Source of the DNA: Octopus bimaculoides
Taxonomy: Eukaryota
Reading direction: 5' to 3'
Assembly (NCBI RefSeq): GCF_001194135.2
Contig: NC_068981.1
Coordinates: 44,252,832 to 44,298,803 of the forward strand
Length of the DNA: 45,972 nucleotides
Below the pieces are notes generated by a model that was not told the DNA's origin, ran no database searches, and saw nothing but the letters and a program-made list of their open reading frames with translations. The position numbers and the translations under genes were made by a program. Positions 1 to 13,118 of this stretch are shown here, piece by piece. Position 1 is the stretch's first letter; each line of letters opens with the position of its first letter.

Positions 1-35
<35 letters not shown>

Positions 36-1924
36 AGGCGTGTCTGTGTATATATGTATATAAATTCATGTATTTACGTTTAATGCAGGCATACATGTGG
101 ATCATATTCTGTGTCTTATGATGAAGCTGTATAGACAAATTAGATACAAATCATATACTTATGAATATGTAATTGACCAGCCAAAATATTTCAATACTTT
201 CAAATAATGTTAGTAGATTAAAAATATCTAAAAATTCGTTAATGAAAGTATATGTGTACATAAAAAAATATCTATATATATAAATATATTGGAAAATATA
301 TGATATATTTATATACACACATATATGTGCGTACATATGTGTATAAATACATGTACATGTAGATGTGCCTGCCTTTGTGGTGCGTGTGTGAACGTCTTTG
401 CGTGTGAGTGTGTCAGTGTTTTTGCGTGTGTGTCTGTATGCATGTGTGCGTGTATTTGTACAGGTACATATAACACAGTCATATGCATTCATGCATATAT
501 TTACTCCATTACACAATAGGCACCCAAACACAGAGAGGAAATGTCAAACAAGATTGTGTCGTGTTCTCAAATGGTTGCTTTCATATGTAATAATATACAT
601 ATGTTAATTGTAATAGATGTATACTTATATATGTCTGTATCACTGTGATTACAGAGAAAAACATATAAACTTCGTGTAAACAATATATTACAAGTGTTAG
701 CTTTGAGAGTCTTTTACCCACAAATAGCAATAAGAGAAAATATGTTTAGAATTACATTTATCTCTGCTAAATACAAAATACTACTGTGATGTTAGTGGGA
801 GAGTTTTAAATGTTCTTAACATTAAATATGTCTTTGTCTCTAGGTTTGGAATACATTTGTTCAGTGTTTAACAAGAGAGTCACATTCTGTATAGATGCAT
901 GTCTTCTCTTTAAACAGCACAGGAGGCAATACGTGCTTAGAAATATTTTTATCATATGTGTCCCCAAAAGCGTGAAATTCTGGGAATGCCAACGATGTGC
1001 AATGGTGCACGCGTTACTATATTTGTGATACTGGCAAAATTTCCATATTTTCTTTCTGTCCTATATTTGAATTTCATTCATCAGGTTTACATAATCTGTT
1101 GGACGTAAAGTTCTAGCACCGACTATCTGTTGAATCTACATGCAATTTTAATTTGTTAGTGCCTATACATGTATGATTACGTACATACGCGCGCACACAT
1201 GTTCGGTGCATGTATGTATGGACAGGAACAAGCTATGTTACATCTTATTCAAGACCGTGTCAGTGCCTATAAGTGGAAGCTCGTTTATTCTATGTATGCA
1301 TTACGACAGATCTGTATGCAAATCCTTATGTGGCAGTGGGAATGCAGATACATGTGAATATGTGTATTAAATTTTGTCTCTGTTTTAATATCCAGCACTT
1401 AGGATGTATATTCGAAATATTGCATTCGATATTATTTCAAATCGCGTGACTTTGTATGCATAAAAATTCATGTATTTACGAGTATGCATTTATGAGTCAT
1501 ATCGTATGATTACATGCAAATATTCTCACGTGCAGATATGGACTCATGTGATTGTGTAGTTGTCTATATGTAGGTGCACAAATTCTTCTCGTTTAATTTT
1601 TGCTGATTCTAGCAATTGTTTTCCAGCCATGTTGGGCATCTGTTTTCAAATGGGTTTTTGTTTGATGATCGCATGAATTATACATATTTCACCGTGGAAC
1701 AGAGTTTCTTATTCCATGATTCACCGATTGGTTAAATTAACATTTTAACCCGAAACCACTCTTGATTAAGCGATGATAATTTGTGAAACACAAACTGGTA
1801 AACATAAGCACCGACAGACAAACATCATACCCCCCACACACACATCTTAAAAAATGGATAACGCATCTGACTTCAAATTCAACACTTTATGTTCGAGACG
1901 CGCCGCGCTTACAGGGACATTTTA

Positions 1925-2270
1925 GCCGCAGGAATGTCTGCTTAGCTAAGACATTCGCCTTGTAAACAGGTGGTTTCGAGTTCGAGTTAAGTGGAGAAGT
2001 GTCTCCCATTATATCTCCGAGCCTATCAATACCATATGATTCAATAGAGGGAAACTATGTGAGAGCTTGTCGTATCTATATGTATGTATAATGTATGTGA
2101 CTACGCGTCTATGCGTCTGTCAATCTCCACTCACTTAACAAGCATCTTAGATTTGTTTATGATCGTGTACTTTGCGGCTTGGCAAAAGTGTTAATACTGG
2201 GTCGATTTCTTCGGCTAATCACCGTACCCCAGTATGGCTGCAACCAAGCGACAGAAAGAAGGATAATATC
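1925..2270 (+). mobile_element. Degenerate tRNA-derived SINE (head plus 3' part)
   Basis: tRNA-like head with a B-box-like GGTTTCGAGTTC at ~1973. The later segment (ctgggtcgattt...ccccagtatggctgca) resembles the 3' end of the SINE at 18868-19240. Confidence 0.55.
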
Positions 2271-4383
2271 TGAGTGTGAGTGCTTTTGTGTATATGAGTT
2301 TGTGCGCGCGCGCGTGTAATATATTGATATAAACACATATATACATACATGTGCATAAATTGTATATTTATATGCATATAAATGTATATTTATATGCATT
2401 CATATATACACAGGCATTTACTGATGTATATCTATACCTAAGTCCACATGTATCTATACGCACATGCAAACTACCTCTCTCTTCATCACTCCCCATCTCT
2501 CTCTATCTGTCTATCTTTCTTTCTCTATCTCTCACACATATACAGCATCGGCATTTCATAGCACACAGGAAGAAGCAAAAATTGATTTGTCTGTAACCAT
2601 GCTCTGCATGTGCTCTTATTCAGGTCTGAAATGTTTTTCACATTTGCGTCTGATTGTGTTCATCAGTGATTATTTAACTGTGTGCATGTATATGTAATTT
2701 TGTCTTTCATCCATATGTTAACATGTGTGCAATTCTATGTGCATCAAGAAGTGATCATTGATTAGTATCTACGTATCAGCTTGCAATAATACATTTTTGT
2801 ACACATATGTACGCGCGGATAATGATGGATATATTTATGTATGCGTTTACGCATAACCTATCTGTATGTATATATATGTTTCTGCATAGCTATCTCTGAA
2901 TATGCATGTGTATGCATAGGATGGAAGTAATCATTGTGCGTTATACAAGAAACATCAAAGTTAAAACAATGTTGGGTAGCGTGTGTCGCACATTACGTAG
3001 TAATAAAAGCAAAACCACATCACGAAACACACACACATACTCACACTACTTCTACAATCACCCACATACATACACATATATAAGTATAGATATAGGCATA
3101 CACATATACACGTATATATATATATGTAGACATCTCTCTGTCTCTATTTGTATATATATACATGCATACACACGCACACACACACACATACACACATACA
3201 CACACACACACACAGACATATATATATATATATATATATANNNNNNNNNNNNNNNNNNNNNNNNNNNNNNNNNNNNNNNNNNNNNNNNNNNNNNNNNNNN
3301 NNNNNNNNNNNNNNNNNNNNNNNNNNNNNNNNNNNNNNNNNNNNNNNNNNNNNNNNNNNNNNNNNNNNNNNNNNNNNNNNNNNNNNNNNNNNNNNNNNNN
3401 NNNNNNNNNNNNNNNNNNNNNNNNNNNNNNNNNNNNNNNNNNNNNNNNNNNNNNNNNNNNNNNNNNNNNNNNNNNNNNNNNNNNNNNNNNNNNNNNNNNN
3501 NNTATATATATATATACACTCATATTTAGACGTCCGAATATATGTGTGTGTATATATACATATATGTAAATATATACATGTATATATGCATATGTGTATG
3601 TATATATGCATACAAATATATACATGTATATAAGCATACACAGACAGACGTATATATTTGCCACATCAAAATACTGGCATGCACATACATTCATGCACAC
3701 ACAAACAGACACACTTGCACATATGACTCATTACAAATAAGCATGTCTGTGTGCGTGTTTTGAAACAAATATTTGAAGTACAGAATCCTGTTTGTTTTAT
3801 TTGCCTTTGATCTCTGAAGTCCGTTGAAAACATTACAGTGAATGGTTGACATAAAGTCCAATAGGAAATTGACGCCACTTCCCACACTGTGATAACACCA
3901 TATACATATATACATATCTATAATGCACACGGACACACAATGACGCCGCTCACACGCACACACATACATACGGGTATACAATGATGCTCACACACAAACA
4001 CATGCACACACACACACACGCACACACAAACAAGCAAACATACAAACTCAGACACACATGTGAAGAAATACATGTATATAAATGAACATGCATGCCTTTC
4101 GCTGTGCACATGGCTATGTATAATGATGTTAGCGCAAATACATGCCCTTACACACACATATATAGATAATAATAGTAGCGTGCATCTGTATTGAACTTGC
4201 AGCTGTTTTAGTTTCCATATGTAGAGTACAGTTCAAGAGATACACACCTTTGCTTCACTCTCGTAGTCTATACTGTTCTATTGAGACGATTGTTAATATT
4301 AAAGTTGTTTGCATCGATGCAAATTACAAACACAGACACACGCACGCACACATATGTATTTATACATAAATATATATGCATAC

Positions 4384-4418
<35 letters not shown>

Positions 4419-4991
4419 TATNNNNNNNNNNNNNNNNNNNNNNNNNNNNNNNNNNNNNNNNNNNNNNNNNNNNNNNNNNNNNNNNNNNNNNNNNNNNNNN
4501 NNNNNNNNNNNNNNNNNNNNNNNNNNNNNNNNNNNNNNNNNNNNNNNNNNNNNNNNNNNNNNNNNNNNNNNNNNNNNNNNNNNNNNNNNNNNNNNNNNNN
4601 NNNNNNNNNNNNNNNNNNNNNNNNNNNNNNNNNNNNNNNNNNNNNNNNNNNNNNNNNNNNNNNNNNNNNNNNNNNNNNNNNNNNNNNNNNNNNNNNNNNN
4701 NNNNNNNNNNNNNNNNNNNNNNNNNNNNNNNNNNNNNNNNNNNNNNNNNNNNNNNNNNNNNNNNNNNNNNNNNNNNNNNNNNNNNNNNNNNNNNNNNNNN
4801 NNNNNNNNNNNNNNNNNNNNNNNNNNNNNNNNNNNNNNNNNNNNNNNNNNNNNNNNNNNNNNNNNNNNNNNNNNNNNNNNNNNNNNNNNNNNNNNNNNNN
4901 NNNNNNNNNNNNNNNNNNNNNNNNNNNNNNNNNNNNNNNNNNNNNNNNNNNNNNNNNNNNNNNNATAGATGGATATATGTATATATGCACG

Positions 4992-6200
4992 TACAGCGGT
5001 TGGAGAAAATAATGGGAAAACCTTAAAATTTCTAACAAATTTCTTTTAATATGGGGTAGCACCGCCTTTGGCAGTAATTACACCTTCAATTCTTCGAGGT
5101 ATGGACTCGTACATAGATTGAATTTTTTCAAAGGAATTCTGTCCATTCTTCTGCTGAAACAGTCTCCAGTTCTTCTAGTGATGATGGTGTAGGATATCGA
5201 CTCCTTACTTGTTCTTCTAAAATGCACAATAAATGTTCAATAATATTGAAATCTGAGGACTGTGATGGCTAGATAAGATGTTCAACTTCACTAGAATATT
5301 CCTTGCCCATTCAGTAACAACTTAAGCTGTGTGAATTGATGCAGTATCATCCTGAAATTTGCGTTTCACTCCGGAGACATTTCCACAATCATAGGATGAA
5401 ATTGATCAGATTAAATGCTTAAATAGTCTTGACTATTAATTCTGCCATGAGAGAAACCATTGAGTTCGCGGATTTCCAAGATATAGACCCCCATATCATC
5501 ACACATCCGCCTCCATGTTTAACAGTTGGCAGAAGGTAGGCTAGATCAAATGCTTCTTTTGACTGTCTCTACACGTATACTCGGCCGGTGGTCGGAAATA
5601 AGGTAAAAAAATTGCTTTCTTCCACTGCTCTAGGGACCAATTCTGTAGGTTTTTCCTCCACTCTAAAAACTTTGCAACGTTTGTTTTTGAAATAGTGGTT
5701 TTCTGATTGCAGCCCTCCCGGCGAACAGTTTTTGTGGAAACTGGGTTCTCGAGGTGGTCATTAAGCTTTGGGAGCTGTACTTTTGTAATCCTTTCTAACA
5801 ATTCGCGTAAGAGTCAGACGGTCCCTATCTGAAAGCTTTGGTTTTCTTCTGCAGTTTTATTTCAATGAAGAGGTTTTTCCCTCGTTCTCGAAGTCTGTCA
5901 TTACTTTCGAGACAGTACTTCTTGATACACCAACCATTTTGGGTGTTTTCGTTACGCTAGCGTCTGCCATACGAGCACCAACAATTTGACCTCTTTGAAA
6001 GTCCGATTGATCTGTCATTTTAATGAATTTTAATTACCTTTTTCTAGTGATATCTGAAAAGAAACAGCAATTTTAGCAAAACATATTAAGCAACACTAAT
6101 AATAAATAGAAAAACATAAAAATTAACAAGCTTTTGATGGGTTTATAGATATTTCAAAATTATGATGGTATGATGCTAGGTGTTTCCACTATTTTGTCCA
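4992..6200 (-). mobile_element. Tc1/mariner DNA transposon, ~1.2 kb, short TIRs, DD36E-like (Incomer-type)
   Basis: TA followed by left TIR CAGCGGTTGGAGAAAATAATGGGAAAACCTTA (4994-5025). The right TIR taggtgtttccactattttgtcca (6177-6200) is its imperfect reverse complement and runs into an N gap. A decayed transposase lies between them. Confidence 0.9.
5046..6018 (-). pseudogene. Tc1-family transposase pseudogene (stops, frameshifts, first catalytic Asp deleted)
   Basis: Manual translation: MTDQSDFQRGQIVGARMADASVTKT...VSRSTVSKVM (HTH); KHGGGCVMIWGSISW; QDDTASIHTA; PSQSSDFNIIEH; YESIPRRIEGVITAKGGATPY*. The expected SDES motif after WKKAIF is missing. Confidence 0.9.
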
Positions 6201-6419
6201 NNNNNNNNNNNNNNNNNNNNNNNNNNNNNNNNNNNNNNNNNNNNNNNNNNNNNNNNNNNNNNNNNNNNNNNNNNNNNNNNNNNNNNNNNNNNNNNNNNNN
6301 NNNNNNNNNNNNNNNTATATATATTTATATATATCTATGTACGTATATATACTCTCTGCAGGTTGCATTTATAAGTTTATGTCCTCTACTATATTCCCAC
6401 AGGGTTGGTTAACCTTAGC

Positions 6420-6750
6420 TTTCTCATCGTGTGTATATTCCTCTAGAATTCAGAATAATTGGCCAAATCTCTAAGCAGTTACAATAAATCTTTCATGAGT
6501 GAATGAAAGTAAACTCTAACGTATTCCTGCTATATGATGAATTTAAATTTGCTGCAGGCATTTGATTGTATTTATAGGCAGATCACTTTAGTTTACATTT
6601 TCTTCTGTTCATTTTACTGTCAGAAATAGGTATTCAATTATCTGAGAATTTACATGAGACATACAGGAAAACTTTCCAGGTTTGCATTATCTGTCATCAA
6701 GTGAATGCTATGAAACCGGAGTTAAGAACCGACACTAAAGAGACATTATA
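6420..6750 (+). mobile_element. Highly diverged 3'-end remnant of an R4/Dong-like LINE
   Basis: Broken translation ..LLYDEFKF..TYRKTFQ resembles YPDYKF..IYKTFQ at 9735-9920. The motif ggagttaagaaccgac resembles aggttagaaatcgag / aggtcagaaaccggc in the other two 3' UTRs. It is followed directly by (CATA)n. Confidence 0.35.
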
Positions 6751-6751
6751 C

Positions 6752-6895
6752 ATGCATACATACATACATACATACATACATACATACATACATACATACA
6801 TACATACATAAATACATACATACATACATACATACAGGCAGACATACATACATACATGCATGCATGCATACATACATACACACAGACATCGACGC
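6752..6895. repeat. (CATA)n/(TACA)n microsatellite
   Basis: Seen directly. Further tracts at 7252-7334, ~10010-10097 and ~10210-10281. Confidence 0.95.
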
Positions 6896-7334
6896 ATACA
6901 CACAACACAAGTAACTATCTATCTATATCTATCTTTCTCTGTGTATGTATGGATGTATGTATGCATGTAAAACGTACTGGAGTAGGAACTTCGGAGTTAA
7001 ATCTATTTTCTTTAGAAATGTAGAATTAACCTTGACAGGAATTTAACCTCCAATCCCTAAAGTGATTGGCTTGCATCCAGTTTCAGTATAACTGTGAATT
7101 TCCATTTGTAGGTAATTTGGTCAAAATACCATTATTGAAATCCTAACATCGACTAATAAATGTATTTTCTAACCCTCCGCATCCTCCTACTGATGGTGAC
7201 AATATGTGATATACATTCACTCACTGACATGTAACGTGATTATTTATATACATGCATGCATACATACATACATACATACATATATACATACATGCATACA
7301 TACATACATACATACATACATACATACATACATA

Positions 7335-10208
7335 CTGTTGTTTGGAGACAGCACACAGAAGACACTCACTTGCAAACTGATTATCCTCAAGCAGAAGCAA
7401 ACAGCTGTCAGTGAGAAACTCTTACATCAGAAGAAAATAACTGAGGCAAAATAATAAGCAAAAAATTTAACCTGAACCAGGCTGCAGTATACAGAGACAT
7501 AAGAGGAGGTGCAGTGAACATCACAGAAGGTCCTTCACGAGAAGATTCCTTCTGGAGGAGGATCTGGAGTGAAGAGGATATTAACCAAGATGCTCTGTGG
7601 CTGGATGAAATCTGAAGAAGTTGTTGCCCCTGTGTTACACCCAAGACATACAACATTGATGGTGATACTCTTGCAACTGCGGTCCAGAAACTTCAGGATA
7701 GAAACACACTTGCAAGATACTTGATCATTGGATATTGGTGCAAGAAGCTAACCTTCTACCGATCATATCTTATTGACCTATACCAGCAATCTCTCTTTGG
7801 GAATAGTATCATACCACACTGGTTAGCTCTGGCAGAGACAAAAATGATCTTGAAATGTAGAACTACCCACATGGCAAAAAGCTACCGCCCAGTTGCATGC
7901 CAGAACATAATCTATAATATATATACAGCATGCCTAAACCTCTTCCTCCAGAACCAGTGTGAAACCAATAACATCATCACAGCAAAACAAGCAGCTGGGA
8001 AAAAGACAGTCTGGGGATGTGACGAGCAATTGTTAATTGTCAGGGGTGCGAGATCATAGGAAGAACCTAGTTTCAATGTGGTTAGACTACAAAAAATAAC
8101 TTTTGACTCTGTTCCCAATGCATGGATTCTAGAAGCCCATCAACTTGCTAAAGTTCCAGTGAGCATAATTAAAGCCATAACTGAACTGATTTCATCGTGG
8201 ACCACCATCTTGAAACTAAACACTATGTATGACTGTATTATCACTGATAGAATACAGTATCGCAAAGACATATTCCAAGGGGACAGCCACTCTGTGAAGT
8301 TGTTTATGCTTTCAGTAAACCGCTTGGCATTCAGTTTAAGGAAGTCTGAAGGATATCTTACTGGTTTCCAACGAAATACAAATCCCAAAATTACACACTG
8401 TTTGTGTGTTGATGACTTGAAACTTTATGCAAAGAATATGCATGAGATGAACAAGAGCCTTGATCTAGTTTAAACATTCTTAAAGACTTAGGGCTGGAGT
8501 ATGGTCAAGATAAATGTCGTTGTATGGTTGTGAAAAGGCAGGAATACTGTAAACCAGATAATCAGCATCTCCATGAAGACCTGACTCTTTATGCTTTGTT
8601 TGATGAGGAATGTTACAGTATCTAGAGTGGATGATAATATATCTTACACTGGAACCTGTAACAAAACACGTGTCATTAAATAATATTACAGCCGTATAAA
8701 GAAAATTTGAACCTCAAAACTCTCTGCATTCAATAAAAGAGTCGCCCACAATGTGTTTGCAGTGCCAGTGTTCATATCAACATTTGTGCTGCTTGATTGA
8801 ACGCTTGATGAGATGCGAGCCATTGATGTGAAAACCCGAAGAATACTAACAAGCATATATAATTTCCACAGAAACAGTAACGTAGACCGCCTCTCCCTAA
8901 AACGAAAACAAGGTGATAGATACGTAACGGCGATCCAAAATACCTTTGAATGTCGTATCATATACTTTCGGCAAAATATTTTAACCACCAATTGTTGACG
9001 TGTATCCCTTGACCAAGTGTGCACATATGAGGCTGATAACATCAAAAGACTTGATAGAAAACCTTAAATATATGCCCAAAGAAGTCACACGATTCTACCA
9101 CAAGGTATCATCAGATAAAAGGATGATCATACAAGCGCAGAAAACCATGCATGGATATGTTAGTAGAAAGCTCCGAGTTAATAGTAGCATTGATTATCAA
9201 AGCAGTCTATCATGGGCTAATAGCCGGGATATTGCCTCTCACTTTGAAGGGTATTCATTTGTAATCCAGGAAAAGGAAATATCAACGAAACACCTGATGC
9301 ACAAAAGAGATAGAGATTCAGGAAAACCTGTAAAGTGTGACCAACGATGCAGACTTTCTGTAGTTAACGGCGAAGATATCCCTCACATCATAAGCAGTTA
9401 TCAGAAAATGTCATCACGGTGTGATCTATCGATGAGACACTCTATAATGAAATCTGTCGGAAGGATAATCCCGAGGACAAAGAAATAAGAACCCACAATA
9501 TGGTAGAAGCTATATAGTCACTCATAATAAAAAAGGAGTACTGGCGAAATGTCCCAGTGAAGACCTCAATAACATGTAAGCACAACAGACCTGATATAAT
9601 GATTTGGGATAGAGAAGAGAATCTGTTTACGGTTGTGGAAATTAGCTGTCCAGCGGTTGTTAACATGAAGCTGAAGATCAGTGGTAAAGAGGATACCTAT
9701 GCTGACTTATTGATTGAGAAATCTGCAGTTACGCTATCCAGATTATAAGTTCAGGTTTATAGCTCTAATTATCGAAGCATTGCGACATGTCACATACTGC
9801 TTAAATACCAATCTTGGGAAATTAGATTTCTCAAAATCAGAAAGGAGAAAGCTAATTCGAAGAGTACAGATACAATCTATAACTAGAACTATAAAAATCT
9901 ATAAAACTTTTCAGAAGTTTATTATTTAAATATATATGATCATGTCTAGATATGCAATTATATGCATGAGAATACATACATAAAACGAAACATACAAATC
10001 TACATATATACATACATATATAACATACATACATACATGCATACATACATACATACATACATACATGCATACATACATACATACATACGTACATACAAAC
10101 AAGAATGCCCTGTTCTTGATGTTGAAATTCTAATGAAGGAGCATTGGATCTAGGTTAGAAATCGAGACTTTATTGGCAGAAAATTTTGAAATGAAACTGA
10201 ATAATGAC
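7335..10208 (+). mobile_element. 5'-truncated R4/Dong-clade non-LTR retrotransposon (RT plus restriction-like endonuclease), degenerate
   Basis: Begins immediately after (CATA)n and ends aaactgaataatgac followed by (CATA)n-like sequence. Contains RT and RLE coding remnants plus a ~280 nt 3' UTR. Confidence 0.85.
7340..9929 (+). pseudogene. Disrupted RT-RLE polyprotein of an R4/Dong LINE
   Basis: RT motifs YRPVACQNIIY, TFDSVPNAWI, IFQGDSHS, ITHCLCVDDLKLYAKN. Pre-RT SFWRRIWS..N.DALWL. Decayed CCHC knuckle (RCRL..NGEDIPHIISSY). RLE HNRPDIMIWD...VEISCP. C-terminus ..IKIYKTFQKFII* at 9929. Many stops and frameshifts. Confidence 0.85.
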
Positions 10209-10285
10209 GTACATAAATACACATACACATACACATACATACATACATACATACATACATACACACATACATACATACATATGTA

Positions 10286-10691
10286 CCCATCGTGAGAAAT
10301 TAGTCTTCTCAAAACCAGAAAGGAGAAAGCTGATTCGAAGACTACAGATCTAAGCCACCAGTGGAACTGTAAATATTTGTAAAACTTTCCAGAAGGTTAT
10401 CATTTATGTATATATGATCATGTCTAGATATGCACGTACGTGCATGAGAAGACATTCATAGAACAAAACATACAAATCTGCACGTATTTATACCTACATA
10501 CATGCATGCATACATCTTTTATCTTTTAATGATTTCAGCCCAGGGCTGAGGTCATGCTGGTGCACCACCTGTAGTTACATACAAAAATACTTTGTTGATG
10601 TTGAAATCCCATTCAAGACGCCTTGGATCTAGGTCAGAAACCGGCTCTTTCTCTGTTTGCAAGAAAACTTAAAATAAAACTGAATGCTGAC
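10286..10691 (+). mobile_element. Second, severely 5'-truncated copy of the same R4 LINE (last ~40 codons plus 3' UTR)
   Basis: gaaattag..ctcaaaaccagaaaggagaaagctgattcgaag..tatatatgatcatgtctagatatgca..ggatctagg..aaactgaat aligns with 9816-10205. Flanked by (CATA)n on both sides. Confidence 0.85.
10516..10572 (-). mobile_element. SINE 3'-tail fragment inserted in the internal (CATA)n of R4 copy 2
   Basis: Reverse complement ggtggtgcaccagcatgacctcagcc..ctgaaatcattaaaagataaaag resembles the SINE tail at 19185-19238 (ccagcatggccacagtc..ttgaaac..aaaagaataaaag). Confidence 0.65.
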
Positions 10692-13075
10692 ATACATACA
10701 TATATGCATGTGTATATGCCTGTGTATTAGTGTTTATATGTTTTTATGGATATGTAATAAAATATAGTACACAGTCATTGTTTAGTTCAAGAGTAATCTT
10801 TGTTGCGGCAAGGATATGGTGTTTCTACGGGAATATTCCATATCAAATTGTAGTTGTCTACCTCTAGACTCCATTTTTGGTTGTTGTTGCTTTTAAGATG
10901 AGTGCATATGAATTGAGTGACATATAGCTGTAATTTACAGAAGTTTAACTGACTGTGAAGGAACTCCTATTCTGTCCGTTTCACCCAGGACAAATTTAAA
11001 TGGCGCTTATATAAAACGTAGTATAGATTCCAATCATATCGCATGTAATGATGCAGAAATATGCATATCTGCACACCTCATTATTTGATAATATAAGGGC
11101 TCTAAAAATGTTAAACAAAAGCTTTCTATGCCATACTTCCTCATTAATATTAACTAAATACGCATGACGTGCAGACGAAGTAAAATAAACAAGAGATAGA
11201 AGTAACATATAAGGAAGAGATAGACAGAAGTAACAATTCAATTAACACATCTTCCAATGATCACTAATAATGGAACTCTTAGGGGTGTAATCTTTGCTAG
11301 TGAATTTTATATAACATGATACAGATTGTGGTATCTCTTGTAACCAGATATGCTGGGTGAGCTTATACAGAGACTGATAAAGTGTTCAAATTTTAATTCA
11401 ACCACGGGTTATCAGCCAGGTTATTGGACGTGCTAGAAATAAATTCCAGATTACCTTAAAAAAACATTATATCAACATATGTAAATAAATATAGCCAGGT
11501 TCGAAAATTCCTGATCATGACTAGTTGATCAAGGCTAGCTTTAGTTTTAAAATTACCCCCACCAAAATCAACAACTATTTGGTGTAGTTGTCTTATAACC
11601 TCTTTCAAAAGTTTTATAACATATTTAGTAAGCGTTTACTGGCTATGTTTACTAAAATGAACAGAGACTTTGATCAGCTACTTCAATGCCACTGACTGAA
11701 TTAAGCTTACTGAGGTTACTGAACCACAACAACAATACTTTTAGCAACACCAGCAACAAGAAATATGTTTAATAGACATTCATTGGTTTCAGTTGTATTT
11801 AGTTTGACAACGCACACCCCTAAATAAACAGTAGAAGAATGGGAAACATTTTTATCATTTAATCGGTGTAGGTCAAGCAATCTTTTGAAAAGAAATCAAT
11901 AATTGTATGTTATCAATAAGAATCCAAATAGGTTACTACTCATTCTCGATAATGTTCTCATAACATATAGAAAAAAATGAATATAGGAATTGTTGTTAGC
12001 GATGGCATATTGTCAATGAAAAGGTAGATATCTGGGCCAAGAGATTTTACCATAGTTGGGTCTAACTGAAAATATATGTATGGTTGTGGAATCATATTGA
12101 AAGACACTTCATTTCTTGTGCATTCCTTATATCAACATATACATGAGTATTCGCAAAATATTCGTCTTGTGTGTACTCACAGAACTGAAAAAGAAATGTA
12201 AAAAAAAACACACTCAAATTCATCTTCCCCTTGGCAATGGCATGTAATTCCCTCAAAGATACATCAAAAATACAAGATGCGGAACAATTATTCCAACAAA
12301 ACCTTACAGTGGCTACCTACACGGTTAAATCTATAAACTAAATTTCGATTAGAAAGTTTAAAAGCAAACAAATTTTAATACAACGCATATCAAATAATGC
12401 ATCCTAGCTCAAAGATATAAAGAATTGTTCTCAAGCTGAGTTTGGGATTGTCTAAGATGTATTCGTAATGAGATGTGTAAATATACTTTGGAGAAAAATG
12501 ACGCTACCATCAGAATTTGCTTCTTGGCAATTCAGAAGCTGAAAATATCATGAATCTAATTTTATACTTGCTTCTATTATATGTAAAAAAGGAACTCAGG
12601 CCCATCAAAACGGAACAGGAACCTGTGCAAAGAAAATTATCTGTTAGAACTCCAAGATGTGAAATAATTTTATTTGCTATAAGAAGTATTCATACACTTC
12701 AAATTCGTACAATTACAAGACATATTAAATAAATTTCTACACCTCTTTCGTAGTTGATAACGGTTTTGACACATTTCTCGTTTATCCTATTTTAGTGTTC
12801 CTGTTGAAGCACCAAAGCATTTCCATCAGAGTTAAAATATATTAGGGAGTAAAGTTCATAGTGGGGTAATTTCTTTAGAAGAAAATGTTTCTGGAGAAAA
12901 ATACAAAAAAAGAAAAACAAAATTAGACTCATATTTGATTCATTTTTATTCTTCCGGTTCAAATATATATAGACGCGATCCTTTTCAAGTAATGACGCTT
13001 CGTTTGGTCTACAAAATGTAGCGCACAAAACGTTTATGAACTTCAAAGTATTAATGCGATACACACACACGCACG

Positions 13076-13118
<43 letters not shown>

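Noticed and set aside
920-1028. WECQRC motif suggesting a RanBP2 zinc finger
   Set aside because: It lacks the conserved Asn and the second Cys pair.
11674-11722. Imperfect hairpin resembling a pre-miRNA
   Set aside because: Only ~12 of 14 pairs on the minus strand, 49 nt long, no basal stem, and no match to a miRNA I recognise.
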